From the human T2T-CHM13v2.0 reference genome, Homo sapiens, in the NCBI RefSeq assembly GCF_009914755.1, contig NC_060937.1: DNA of 64,000 nucleotides; one strand, given 5' to 3'. The translations under genes and the position numbers were made by a program. A model generated the notes under the pieces. It had not been told where the DNA came from and searched no databases. It saw only the letters and a list, made by a program, of their open reading frames with translations. The stretch's first letter is position 1; each line of letters opens with the position of its first letter. Positions 12,307-24,784 of this stretch are shown in pieces.

Positions 12307-14099
12307 TATGGTATAAAAAAGTTTAGAAAGTTTAGGAAACTGACGGACAGGACAAATATTTGAACCTTCATATGACTGCTGTTAGAGGCCGTGAGATTTT
12401 CCCCATATCTGAATGCCCAGGCCCCTCCACAATCTTTGAAATTTAGAAATGTGTTTGGGTTAATTATTTTTTACCATATTTTCATAAGCAATCAACCATA
12501 AAAAAGGAAAGAGCTTGCGAAGGGTCAAATCACATGTGCTTTTGAGATGAACTAAAGAATGTGGCCTCCATAAATTGCTTGTATATAAATAGGTCCTAGT
12601 CTAGAAGTGTTAATGTAGCTTCAACATTTCTCAATTTTTTTCAACAAAATAAGCACTATTTTAAAATACACAAATCAAAGGGTTTAATTAGACTACTTCT
12701 AGATATTTTTTCTTTTTTCTTTATTCATAGTAGCATACTGCTTGGAAAAACTCAATTGATGGTATCATGTTATCTTGAGTCATAAAATAATTTAAATTTC
12801 AGGCTCTTGATATAACAGAATAAAATATCATACAGTTATTAAAATGAATAATTGTAAAAAGCAAAAAGCTAAAATAATATTGGTCATCTTATATTAAGTG
12901 CAACAAGTACATAGAACATTATATAACAAAAACAATGAAACAATGTTAGCCAATTACCCCAATTATTATTATATATTCTAACTTTGCATGTAGAAGAAAT
13001 TAATACACAAAACTAAAATTGTGTGATATGAACATGTGTTAATGTTCTTATAATTTTAAAAAATAGGCATATTGACATTTCAAGTAGATAAGTACACAGA
13101 AATTAAGTAGTTAAAATTTTCTTTTTCATTAAGTAATTTTTAAATTCCATCTCACACACATAATTACACTATTTTTCCATTGTTTCTTAGAATAATCCTG
13201 GCTCTAAAATACTGTGCATTTTGTATACTTTTTAATACTCTTACTGTATTTCTTCAAAAATACTTTTTGTCTCTAGAGTATAATAACAGAACTTCAATTT
13301 TTTAAAGTAGTCCAACAAAATATGGCAATGATCTATTACAGTCATTTTGACTGTTTGGAAGAATTTTATTTTATTTTCATTTTATTTTATTTCTTAAGAA
13401 GAACTTCTTAAGAAACAGAATATTTATGAATCTAGAATATAGGTGTCTAAATTATTTGATCATTTTTCAAGTGAGTTAACTTTTCATGGGAAGAAAAAAA
13501 GAAATTAAGGTAGCAAAAAGAAAAGAAATACAAAAATTTGAACAAAAGTTTGTGATGATAGATTTGCTTTTTAAAATTTGAAACAAAAAGCTTGCATTGT
13601 GCTTTCTCTTCAAGTTTGTTCAGGGCTATGGCTATTTGGCACAGAGAACTGGATTTCCTTTTCAGACCCAATCACCAAGCTTCCTCTTTTGAGTAGCCTA
13701 ACAAGAGTTGTTCATAAGCTGGCTGAGTGTTTCCTTCAAGAAATATGAAGCCTCCATCTAAATACTATTGAGGATAGAAAAAAAGATAAAAGCTACCTAT
13801 AAAGTTCAATATCCTAAAGAACAATGCAATTCAATTTCACAAGCATGTATTTAACTTGAAATATTCTATAGGGCCTATTGCACAAAGAACCTTACTTAGG
13901 GAGAAAGACATCTAGTTATTTAAAGCAGAATGAAGTAATTGGCAAGACAGAATTTTGAGGGAAGAAGCAATTGAAATTGGTTTGAAAGATCTCTTCGAAA
14001 AGAGGGAGGATGAGCTCATCCTTGAAGGAGTGAAGTAGAGCAATTTTAATAAAACAGAGCTGCCTCTGGCTAGCAAGTGGTGTTTCCCATGAGCAGGGC

Positions 14100-14290
14100 C
14101 CTATTTCAAGCCTTTCATAACTATTAACCCAAGTTAAGCCCTGCAACAGCTCTGTGAGGTCAGGGATATTATTGTCCCATTTTAGAGATAATAAAACTGA
14201 GATTTAGAAACGATAAGCCTCATGCCCGAGGTTGCACTGCTGCTGTAAACAACTTAACCAGGACTGGAAGACTTGCAATCTAGACCCAGC
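14100..14290 (-). mobile_element. MIR SINE
   Basis: Core attgtcccattttagagataataaaactgagatttagaaa..tgcccgaggttgcac. Confidence 0.7.
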
Positions 14291-14942
14291 ATTTGGGAGC
14301 TTTGAGGCGATCTATGCTGCCTTCTGTATGGGAAATCAGGAAATGTGGATTCATTAACATATCTGTAAAAAGTTGTTCTCTGGATTTCAATTCTATCTAT
14401 AATTTGAGCAGTGTATGTGACTGTATTATTTGTAGGTTCTCCTCCAGCCCTAAAATTCTGAGGACAGGGCCTCCCAGAATCAGGAAACAGCCCTAGAGAA
14501 GGTGCCAAGCAACAGAACAATAGGAAATGTTAGGATGGAGAGACAGTGGTGTATTGTTAAATTCTGGATTCTCAGATCTCTAAGCAAGTATTTTCAAAAA
14601 CAAAACAAAACCAAAAAACACCTTTACCTCTAGCTCCTCTAACTTCACTGCTTTTGAGGAAGTTTTGTGATAAATATTCCATTGCTAATTGTCTATGGTG
14701 GCTTCTTGGTCTTTTAACAAACTATGTATGTTATGCTTCAAATTAATAAAATTTCAGCTAATTACAATCCTCCATCCTTTTACACTATTTGAAGAACCTT
14801 CCATATAATGGCTTAAGTGAATCATTAGACAGTCAAAGGTCAATTCTTCAGTCTTGTTATTAGGTGCTTAATATGAATAGATTATTTTTGTGTCCTAATA
14901 ATATAACCATATTTTTGAAATGCTTGCAGTCTGGATTATTCA

Positions 14943-15260
<318 letters not shown>

Positions 15261-16190
15261 GATTAGAAAGCAGTCAAAATAGTTCCACGTGTTTATTATG
15301 CTGACATGCCAAATATAAGTTAATATTATTTGTAGGGAAAGCACCAATCGCTAAAATAATGGAGGGAGAATGGAAAGGACACCTATCCCTGCTAAGATAC
15401 TGTTTAGATAAGGCAATAAAACCAGAGCATGGTGACAGCACTATTGAGCTGATGTGCTACTCACTGGAGAACCAGTCTCACTAGTGTTTGATAAACTAAC
15501 TAATATTAAAGGAGACAAGAGACTATAGTGGTGGGCACTGAACTCTTGCCTTCACTCCTTCTTACTCAACAGGGTTATCAATGACTTAAGACTACATACA
15601 GTGCTTTGAAACTAGTAAGAAACAAGATGATAAAGACCGAATCAAAATCCAAAGTAATCAAATGTGGAAGAAACAGAACTAAAGTGCCTGAGATTAATTT
15701 AACAAGGATAAATGCAAAGATCTGAAATTCAATCTATAAATACATGTACAATCTCTATAAATACATGTAAATACATGTTCAATCTCAAAAACATGTACAG
15801 TTTTTGAGACAGTATTGCTTCACAAAGACCTGGAATTTTTCTATGCCCTAGCTTATTAAGAGCAAAATTCAATAAAGCTGTTATACAAACACATAACCTA
15901 TGAGACTGCTTAACTTTCCTATACAAGAGCTGATAGATCATACTTGAATTTAGGTATTGAGTTCTGAGCCTTGATATTAAGAGAGATATCCATTTCTGCA
16001 GAATATATTCCCAGCAGGGAAAATCAACTGAAGAAAGATTCTAGAACTTATTTATTCATTCATGTATCCAAACATCCGAATACATTTATTGAAAAGCTAT
16101 TTCATAGCAAGCGGTTGGAATATAATAGTGAAAAAGGCAGAAAATTCAGATAACCAGCACTGGCCATAATGAAGCTGCAGAGCTAAGAGA

Positions 16191-17053
16191 TTTTTTTTTT
16201 AATATTTTAACTTTTTTTTTTATTATTATACTTTAAGTTTTAGCGTACATGTGCACAACATGCAGGTTTGTTACATATGTATACATGTGCCATGTTGGTG
16301 TGCTACACCCATTAACTCGTCATTTAGCATTAGGTATATCTCCTAATGCTATCCCTTCCCCCTCCCCCTGCTCCCTCAACTCCACAACAGTCCCTGGTGT
16401 GTGATGTTCCCCTTCCTGTGTCCATGTGTTCTCACTGTTCAATTCCCACCTATGAGTGAGAACATGCGGTGGTTGGTTTTTTGTCCTTGCGATAGTTTGC
16501 TGAGAATTATGGTTTCCAGCTTCATCCATGTACCTACAAAGGACATGAACTCATCATTTTTTATGGCTGCATAGTATTCCATGGTGTATATGTGCCACAT
16601 TTTCTTAATCCAGTCTATCATTGTTGGACATTTGGGTTGGTTCCAAGTCTTTGCTATTGTGAATAGTGCTGCAGTAAACATACGTGTACATGTGTCTTTA
16701 TAGCAGCATGATTTATAGTCCTTTGGGTATATACCCAGTAATGGGATGGCTGGGTCAAATGGTATTTCTAGTTCTAGATCCCTGAGGAATCGCCACACTG
16801 ACTTCCACAACGGTTGAACTAGTTTACAGCCCCACCAACAGTGTAAAAGTGTTCCTATTTCTCCACATCCTCTCCAGCACCTGTTTTTTCCTGACTTTTT
16901 AATGATCGCCATTCTAACTGGTGTGAGATGGTATCTCATTGTGGTTTTGATTTGCATTTCTCTGATGGCCAGTGATGATGAGCATTTTTCGTGTGTTTTT
17001 TGGTTGCACAAATGTCTTCTTTTGAGAAGTGTCTGTTCATGTTCTTTGCCCAT
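16191..17053 (-). mobile_element. 5'-truncated L1PA (about L1PA3-5) 3' end, ~0.86 kb
   Basis: Poly(T) plus L1 3' UTR; ORF 16439-17095 reproduces the ORF2p C-terminus ([23 protein letters not shown]...[16 protein letters not shown]...RMFSLIGGN*). Confidence 0.97.
16439..16980 (-). pseudogene. L1 ORF2p C-terminal (CCHC-region) fragment, non-autonomous
   Basis: Direct translation match to ORF2p; frame breaks upstream near 16985; no EN/RT domains. Confidence 0.9.
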
Positions 17054-17299
17054 TGAGCTTTCTATCAAACACAGTTCTGTCTGACTCCAGAGCACATACT
17101 CTAGTTACTCTACTGCTTTCCTTTTCATAATTTGGTGCTCTTCATGTTGTCCTAATAAATTCATTATCTTATTAAAAAACAGTGTCCTTCCTAATGACAC
17201 ACCTCCCTGTGCAGCACTAAGATGAGTGGGTCTCTCCATTTGCTTGAGGAGGTCTCACTTGATTGATGTTTCAGTGTAACTATTAATGGTTTCTCCTAA

Positions 17300-17342
17300 A
17301 CACACACACACACATGCGCATGCGTGCACACACAAACACACA
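17300..17342. repeat. (CA)n microsatellite interrupted by TGCGCATGCGTG
   Basis: Alternating purine-pyrimidine tract. Confidence 0.9.
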
Positions 17343-17894
17343 ATCTCAATTTGGACAACAAATAATTTGTTCTCCTTGCCTAATGCCATGATGCCATTTC
17401 ATTTGAATGCATAGCATAACTTGAATTGAATGGCTATTCACTGCTAAAAGGAACGAGTGTTAAGTAGGACTGTGTGGTAGAGCTTTGGCTCAAGTTGCAA
17501 GAGTGCCATCACCAGTTAGCTATGTTCTTCCTGGGCACAAGAGTGAGGGATGCTAGCCCGTCATGGTCTGGGCACCCAGGACTTTGCACTATTCCAGGAC
17601 TAAGTAATGTATCTCAAATATAAGTCATTCTGGACTTGCTGTTTCACTCTCTGTAATGCTCCTCTTCTGTCTACCAGACTTTCTTAACAGGGGTTCTGTG
17701 AGGAAAATTAAGTCCTAATGCTCTAAAAAGGACATTGTATGTAGTGAATTAACTTCTCTAAAGTGCATCTAGAATGGCAGTAATTATATCAGTCCTTGGA
17801 GAAACCAAAAAACATTGCTAAAATTAGTTTTGATGTCCTGCGGTGAACATGAGGGACCACTTCATTGCACCTTTTTATCAATATATTTTCTGTC

Positions 17895-18289
17895 TGTGTT
17901 AGACACTTTTTGCATTGTTATAAAGGAGTACCTGAAACTGGGCCATTTACAAAGAAAAGAGGTTTATTTGGCTCACAGTTCTGCAGGCTGTCCAGGAAAT
18001 GTGGAGGTGTCATCTGCTTCTGGGGAGGCCTCAGGAAGCTTTCAAACATGGCAGAAGGTGAAGGGGGAGCAGGCATCTCACTTGGCAGGAGCCGGAGCAA
18101 CAGCATGAGGAGGCGCCACAGTCTCTTAAACAACCAGGTCTCTGGAGAACTCACTCATCTCCAAAGGGCTGACACCAAACCATTCAGGAGGGATCTGCCC
18201 CATGATCCAAACACCTCCCACCAGGCCCCACCTGCAACCCTGGGGATCATATTTGAGATGTGGAGGGAACAAATATCCAAACTATATTA
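17895..18289 (-). mobile_element. MSTB-like MaLR solo LTR
   Basis: aagaaaagaggtttatttggctcacagttctgcaggctg..gcctcaggaagctt..caaatatccaaactatatta; near-TSD ctgtc/ctatc. Confidence 0.88.
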
Positions 18290-18326
18290 CTATCATCACA
18301 AATTTCTTGGCAAAGTAGCTCTAGAT

Positions 18327-18501
18327 CAGTGCCTCTCAACCTTGGCTATATGCTACAATTATCTGGAAGCTTTAAAATAGTAATGATGTTCAGGTTCTAT
18401 CTAAAAAACTGTCAGAGTCTCCAGGGCAGGACCTAAGCATTGGAAAGTATCAGCTGCTTCCCCGGGTGATTGAAATATGCATTCAAGAAGTAGAATGTCT
18501 G
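18327..18501. mobile_element. MER5-type hAT-Charlie MITE
   Basis: cagtgcctctcaaccttggct..tctggaagctttaaaa..ccccgggtgatt..gaatgtctg. Confidence 0.65.
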
Positions 18502-19443
18502 CTACGAATGAGTGACTGTGAGGAAGTCAGGTGTCCACTACACCCCAGCCTTCAACCTCTGGATGTGAGGGAGGGGTGGCTCCAAAATTTTATGATGTCA
18601 ATGTAAATTTAAAGCCCTCAACAAGATACTTCAATTTCCCTGGGGGTCTCATGTTCCCATAGTCATGTCTGGTCCCAGCCTGTTACCTATGCTATCTTCA
18701 TTTTTCTTTGGAATTTCAATAATTTGCCCATTCATAACTTCAGATTATGATTGGTTTCATTTATAATTGTGTGGCAATAGTTAAGGTAAAAAATAAACTT
18801 ATATTCATGGTGGCAAATAACTTATGGTAAATTAGACATTCATCTCCTGAAGTCTTCTTAATCTACTCCCTCCACAGCAGCCCAGGGAGTCCCTTAAATC
18901 CACACCTTTTGACTCTTTTTCCTCAACCCTCTCATTCACCCCTTGACCTTTTCTTTCTTTCTCATCTCAAGATAATCTTTAATGTCTGACCTTATCCAGA
19001 AATTTGACTATTATCTTGTTGTTTTTGTCACAACTAGACTACCTTTAAGGAGGCATCTTATCAAAAACAGCCTGACCCTAGGAAGAATTCTGGAACCTGT
19101 AGTTAATATGACCAAATGGCCATTTTGGTAATTCTGTGAAGTAAACATTGATTAAATTAATTTTTATTGTACATTATAATAACTTTATGCCGGAAGAGAG
19201 ACCAGTTGCCATACATCAATGACTAATAACTGATAACTGTCTATGGTTAGAATAAATGTGTCTTCTAAAATAAATCAATTTAAATTGTTTAAGCTGCATC
19301 TTCTTAACTAGTCACAGATTTGGTTTCTAGGGTGATTGCCCATTATATATCAAATTAATCTAGAGTTACAGATTATGGAAAGGATATTAAAGAGATAATT
19401 AGTTATTTTTTAACTGGAAATACACTTCCCATTTCTTCAGTTT

Positions 19444-19615
19444 AAAACTTCTAACCTGCACATTGTGCACATGTACCCTAAAACTTAAGGTGTAATAATA
19501 ATAAAATAATAAAAAAAGAAAGATAATATATGTGCAATAAAATGATGTAATACAAACATTTGCTATTCTACACATTAAAAAGTTAAGGCACAAATTCAAA
19601 AAAAAAAACTTCTAA
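19444..19615 (+). mobile_element. Extremely 5'-truncated L1PA2/3-like insertion carrying a 3' transduction
   Basis: L1 terminal ctaacctgcacattgtgcacatgtaccctaaaactta, A-rich tail, ~76 bp non-L1 DNA, second poly(A); TSD aaaacttctaa at 19444-19454 and 19605-19615. Confidence 0.85.
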
Positions 19616-20569
19616 TTTTGTGTCGTGATAGAAGCACCATCATCACAGATTATATACTATCAGAAATTCTCAGAGAAATAATAGATTTCCCTAGAGATCA
19701 TTTTTCACTTAGCTTACAAGGTTAAATGAACTCCCAGATGCTCTGCTGGAACACAGACCCATCTCAAGAAACACACAAGCAGCAAATTTGCTGGTGGATG
19801 TTGAGATGAACACTTAGGAGCTGGTAGATTGCTGTGTGTTTGAAGAGGACCCAGGATCTCACAGACAAGCAAGGCTTGTCCACTTATTGCTATGTTACTA
19901 GAAAATGTGAACAAATCAATTTTCCATTGAACTAGGAGGCTGTAATAGAAGATCAAAAAAATCAAGTGAGAACTGAGAAGCTGCATATTTCTGCTCTACT
20001 AAAAGATGAAGTAAATTGACTAAGGGCATAGCCAATTTGAGAATTCTACAACTGTCATATTCTGAATAAGAGGTCTAGTTTCAGTGGTGTATAATCTCTC
20101 ATTTTATATTGAGTTGACCATTATTGTGTTAAAATGCAAAGAAATCTTAGTCAGTGGACTCTCATTTTTCAATTTCTATATTTGTGAAAGTAGGAATTTT
20201 ATACCAGTTGACTGTAGCCTGATTATCATTGACACATAAGAAGTTAATGCTCACTTTTACTTATTTCTCAGTAAGTGAAGTGGGATCTTTTCTCTATCTA
20301 TCCATAAAGACGGAGAATAGGTGTAGTTTACACTAACCAGAAATTTATGTTAACTGGAATTGTAGGAGACCATACGATTTGGATGAGGTTATTGGTTTAG
20401 ATTTTACACTCAGTTTATTTTGCCAGCCTACCTCTCCTGAATCACTAAGTGACTTCTGCTTTTTCCAAAATAAACAGCAATAAATGCTCACAGATAGAGT
20501 ACAACTTGCATCACTGGACCTAAGTCATGGGAATAGAGCTATGCGAAGAGGCAGCATCACAGCGGAAGA

Positions 20570-20785
20570 AAACATGAAGTTGAAAATCAGCAAATCTTTC
20601 TTTAAATTCTAGCTCTGCCACTTAAAAGCAAGGCCCTTAAAAGACTGTAATATCCTCTCAATAATACATTTGCCCCATTTTGCAAATGCAGAGAATATTT
20701 TATCTCTAAGAATCCCTGTAAGATTTCAAGAGCTTAGCTGAAGGCCCAAAATGTAAACCATGCCCAGTAAATGTAATTATCATTA
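20570..20785 (+). mobile_element. MIR SINE
   Basis: tttaaattctagctctgccactta..cccagtaaatgtaattatcatta. Confidence 0.55.
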
Positions 20786-21284
20786 TGAATCTTCACATGA
20801 GAGTGGGATACACACACCCTGACGTGGCACAGTGACATCCCCTGGCTATATTCTTTTTTCTGTGACATCGATCTTCTCAACTTCATTGGCCTCAAAATGG
20901 TCATATTCACCAAATAACAGGTGGATTTCTGGAGGCAACAGGTATGTTTAAAAGATGCTTGTTGCCATTAAGTGTCCTGCTTTGGTTCTATGATGGGTTT
21001 AGTAAGATTTGGGGGTGGGGGGTAGTCTTAGCAACTTAGCACCATTTGTAATTTGGCCTCTATAAGAAATATACAGACAAAAAGCCCAAAGTGTCAAAAA
21101 GAGTCCTATCTGTATAGGAACAAAATAGGCATGTTCCTATAGGTCTGGCCCTAAAACAAATCGTTGAGATGTTCCATAGGTTCTAAAAACCTTTTCCGGC
21201 TGTGGAGCTGAGAAGATACTAAAATAATAGCATCTTAGAGGTTGATTAGAAAAAAAAAAAATCAAAAGTCTACTTAGCCCCAAA

Positions 21285-21420
21285 TGACGTCAGCGTCAGC
21301 AGACCCACTTGAGGTGTTTTCCTTCATTAAATTAATACACGCAGACAGCTGTTTTGGCTGTTTCATTTCTCTCAGCGGTGAATCTGTTTCTTAAACGGCT
21401 ACTCCAGGATTATATAGGGA
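21285..21420 (+). promoter_or_regulatory. CRE-containing promoter/enhancer candidate
   Basis: Full TGACGTCA 21285-21292, adjacent CGTCA half-site, CCACTTGA (NKX2-type), CAGCTG E-box, TATATA at 21411; CpGs retained. Confidence 0.5.
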
Positions 21421-22239
21421 TGTAAAAGTTTATCTTCCACTCATGAAATAATTACATTTTAACTTGCTGACAAACCTATCAGTTTCAATGCAGTTATTAA
21501 CCCAGCCAATTCCTACCTTAAAAAAATTATTACAATAGTACTTGAGCTTTTTTACTTCATTCAAACAGGCTGATGGTACAGTGTTCTCAAAGATGAAAAG
21601 GAAGCACTTGAAATAACTAACAATTTGATGCCTGAGATGTGGGAACTTTTGATAAGTATTTACATCTTTCATAACAAAAGAGTGTGAGAAAGAATTAAGG
21701 GGGAAGGAAAGCGGCGGGGGAGGGGGGGAAGATACTGCATAAACAGAACAACCATCTGACAAAAGCCACTTCTCCATGTTCTTAGGAAGCCCTTTCTGCA
21801 ACCTACTTAACCTGGGGCTGAGTTTTCTCATTGCTATGAATACCATGGCAGCAGTTCCACAGAGCTACAAAGCTGCAGCCCAACACTGTTGAGAAACTGA
21901 GCTGTCTGTCACATACAAAGCTGGGTAAGGAGTTCACCCCATTTGGGGTGCCATCTTTATAAAATCACTAGGTCAAAAGTTCTCCGAGGGCAAGACACAC
22001 CAACGGCAACAGTAAGCTATTAGCCAGTGAATTTTGTGCATGGATTAATATATTTCTTCTGTAAGTCATTTCTTCTTAAAACATTTTTAAATAACTGCCT
22101 AAACCTAAACCTGTTCTCAGAAATAAGATTTGCAGTTACAATTAATAGGTCAGAAAAATTTCCAAAGAGAAAATTCACTTTGCTGAGAAAATAAAGGAAG
22201 TAAACAATTTACAAAACATCTCCTTGAATCTAGATTTTT

Positions 22240-24000
22240 TTAAAGGTAGAATCCATTGATGTATTAAAAGGGTAACCATTATGACTAAGTGGAGATCATC
22301 CCAGACAATGTGACTGGTTTAATATTTGGAAACAAATCTGTCATTCACAGTATTAGCACAAAAACAAGAAAATAAAGCAAAACAACATGTTTTTAAACCT
22401 ATGATCATTTTAGTCAATGCAGTAAAAGCATTTGACAAAATTCAGTATCCATTCATGACAATAACTGTCAGGAAACAACGAATAAAAAGAAACTTCCTCT
22501 ATTTTATAATAAGCATCTACCAAAAAATTAACAACTGGCATCATATAGTTAACAGGGAAATATTGAACATTTTCACCCTACAATTAAGAATGAGATAAGG
22601 ATGTCCACTTTCATCACTTTTATTTATCATTGTACTAGAGTTCCTAACTAGTTCTCTAAGGCAAGAAAATTTCAAAAAAGCATAAAGTTTAGAAAGAAGA
22701 AGTAAAACTGTATTTGCAGATGACATGATTGTTTATGTAGAAAATCTAATTAATCTATAAAACAATTATTAGAATTAATGCAGAATACAAGGCCAGTAAG
22801 CAAAAATCTATTTTGTTTTATGTACTAACAATATATTTTTGTTCATCAAGAGACTATATTAAGAATATAAATAGCCAAGACATGACTTGTCAAAATATTT
22901 TAAAGACATATATCTGAAAATAAGTGGCATCCAGGACATACAAAGGACTTCTACAACCCAATCATATAAACGTAAGCAACCCAATTAAACAAATAGGCCT
23001 AAGATTCAAGCAGACACCTCACTAAAGAAGAGATGTACAAGAAAGCACATGAAAAAATGTTCAGCATCGTTATTCATTAAAGAAATGCCAATTAAAAGCA
23101 CAATGAAACACCATCACATACTCAACAAAAGGGCAATATTTAAAAAACAAAAACGAATACCACCAAAACCTGCCCCACATGCAGGGGTACACTGACTATC
23201 CTGTATTGTTGGTAGGGTAAAATAGTCCAATCACTTTCAAAAATGACCTGGCGGCTTCTTATAAAATGAAACATATTCATGTCCTTTGACTCAGTTTTTC
23301 CATACTTAAGTATTTCCTTTAAAATAAAAAAAGGACCACACAAAAACTTGTAAGAGAATGCTTATTGCAGATTATTCATATGGTTCATAATTGTCAAAAA
23401 CTAGAAATCATCTAGGTGTGCCTCAACAGCACACTGGCTGAACAAATCATGGTACACATACACAAAAAGATGTCTAGACATAAAAAGGAAGCAGCTACGG
23501 ACATACAACACCATGGGAATATCTCAAAAACTTTACAGAAGAATCCATCCTCTACAATCCAACTTAGAAAAAGTGTCAGAACAGCCAAAGCGAACTCAAT
23601 GGCAGACCATGTGAGAAAAGGAATGGCTATTGCTAAAAAGGGGCAAGAGAACATTCTTGGGAGCAATGGTAATATTCTAAAAATTGATATTTGTATTACA
23701 CTGGTTTACACATTTGTCAAAATACAGTATTAACTTAAGATTTGTGCACCACTTCATTTAATATACATTTTACCTCGAAAACAGAAAGGGAGAGAGAGCA
23801 AAAGAAAAGCAAATATTGACCTTTGAAGCATTTATTGGTGAAGTATACTGATGTCAGTTTGAAATACATCAAAATTGATAGAAGAACAAATTAATGTATG
23901 TATATAAAACAAATATAGTAAAATGTTAATTATATAACATATGTGATGGGTATGTGGACATCCAATGTATTTTTCAGTTTTTCTACATGGTTGTAAATTA
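22240..24000 (+). mobile_element. Old L1M (L1MD/ME-like) ORF2 and 3' UTR fragments
   Basis: Degenerate ORF2 motifs (KAFDKIQYPFM, tatttgcagatgacatgatt = RT FADD region, cagacacctcactaaagaag) and 3' UTR. Confidence 0.85.
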
Positions 24001-24443
24001 TTCTGAGTGATCTGAATATGTTTTAAAAATTATAAACCTTGAAATGTACACCTTATATTGCATGACTTGATTATAAATGGAGAATTCTAGAAATACTCAC
24101 CAAGGTTAACACAAGTCAAATGTTCCTTAAGAAAGAAAATTCATCTTTGAGAAAGAACTAAATCCCAATATTTTTTTCAGATGTTCTAGATATCCTAGTT
24201 TGAAGAGGAAAATGTATACTATTTATTTTGGACAAGAATATTTAAAAGTTTATCTGATCTGCTTAAAGTTAAGAATTGCTGGTTTTGTAAAGTGACAAAG
24301 GGATTAGAAACATTATTGAAAAATAACTTCTATAATGCTTGCCAAATTGCCCTAGAAACAGAAGTAGGCAGAAAAGTATCTCTTATGTTGCAATCTGACA
24401 TGAGTTGTTTCAAATTTGCAGAGCTGAATTTAAGAATAATATA

Positions 24444-24748
24444 GGCTGGGCCCAGTGGCTCATGCCTGTCATCTCAGCACTTTGGGAGGCCGAGGTGGGA
24501 GGATCACCAGGTCAGGAGATCAAGACCATCCTGGCTAACACAGGGAAACTCCATCTCTACTAAAAACAAAAAACAAAACAAAAAAACCCAAAACCAGCCA
24601 GGTGTGGTTGGTGGTGGGCACCTGTAGTCTCAGCAACTCAGGAGGCTGAGGCTGGAGAATGGTGTGAACCCAGGAGGCGGAGTTTGCAGCAGTGAGCTGA
24701 GATCATACCACTGCACTCCAGCCTGGATGACAGAGTGAGACTCCATCT

Positions 24749-24782
<34 letters not shown>
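24444..24782 (+). mobile_element. AluY-like SINE with ~33-nt pure poly(A)
   Basis: gagatcaagaccatcctggctaacac, gaatggtgtgaacc; TSD aagaataatata 24432-24443 / 24781-24792. Confidence 0.93.

Positions 24783-24784
<2 letters not shown>

Noticed and set aside
16439-17095. Longest ORF (218 aa) as a gene
   Set aside because: It is the C-terminus of L1 ORF2p in a 5'-truncated insertion. The N-terminal part is out-of-frame L1 and flank.
17815-18380. Overlapping 78-171 aa ORFs
   Set aside because: They lie in an MSTB LTR and are repeat-derived open frames.
21430-21846. 138-aa minus-strand ORF with strong Kozak context (GCCATGG)
   Set aside because: There is no recognisable domain, and the proline run comes from the G-rich box. 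The region reads better as regulatory sequence, although a coding role is not excluded.
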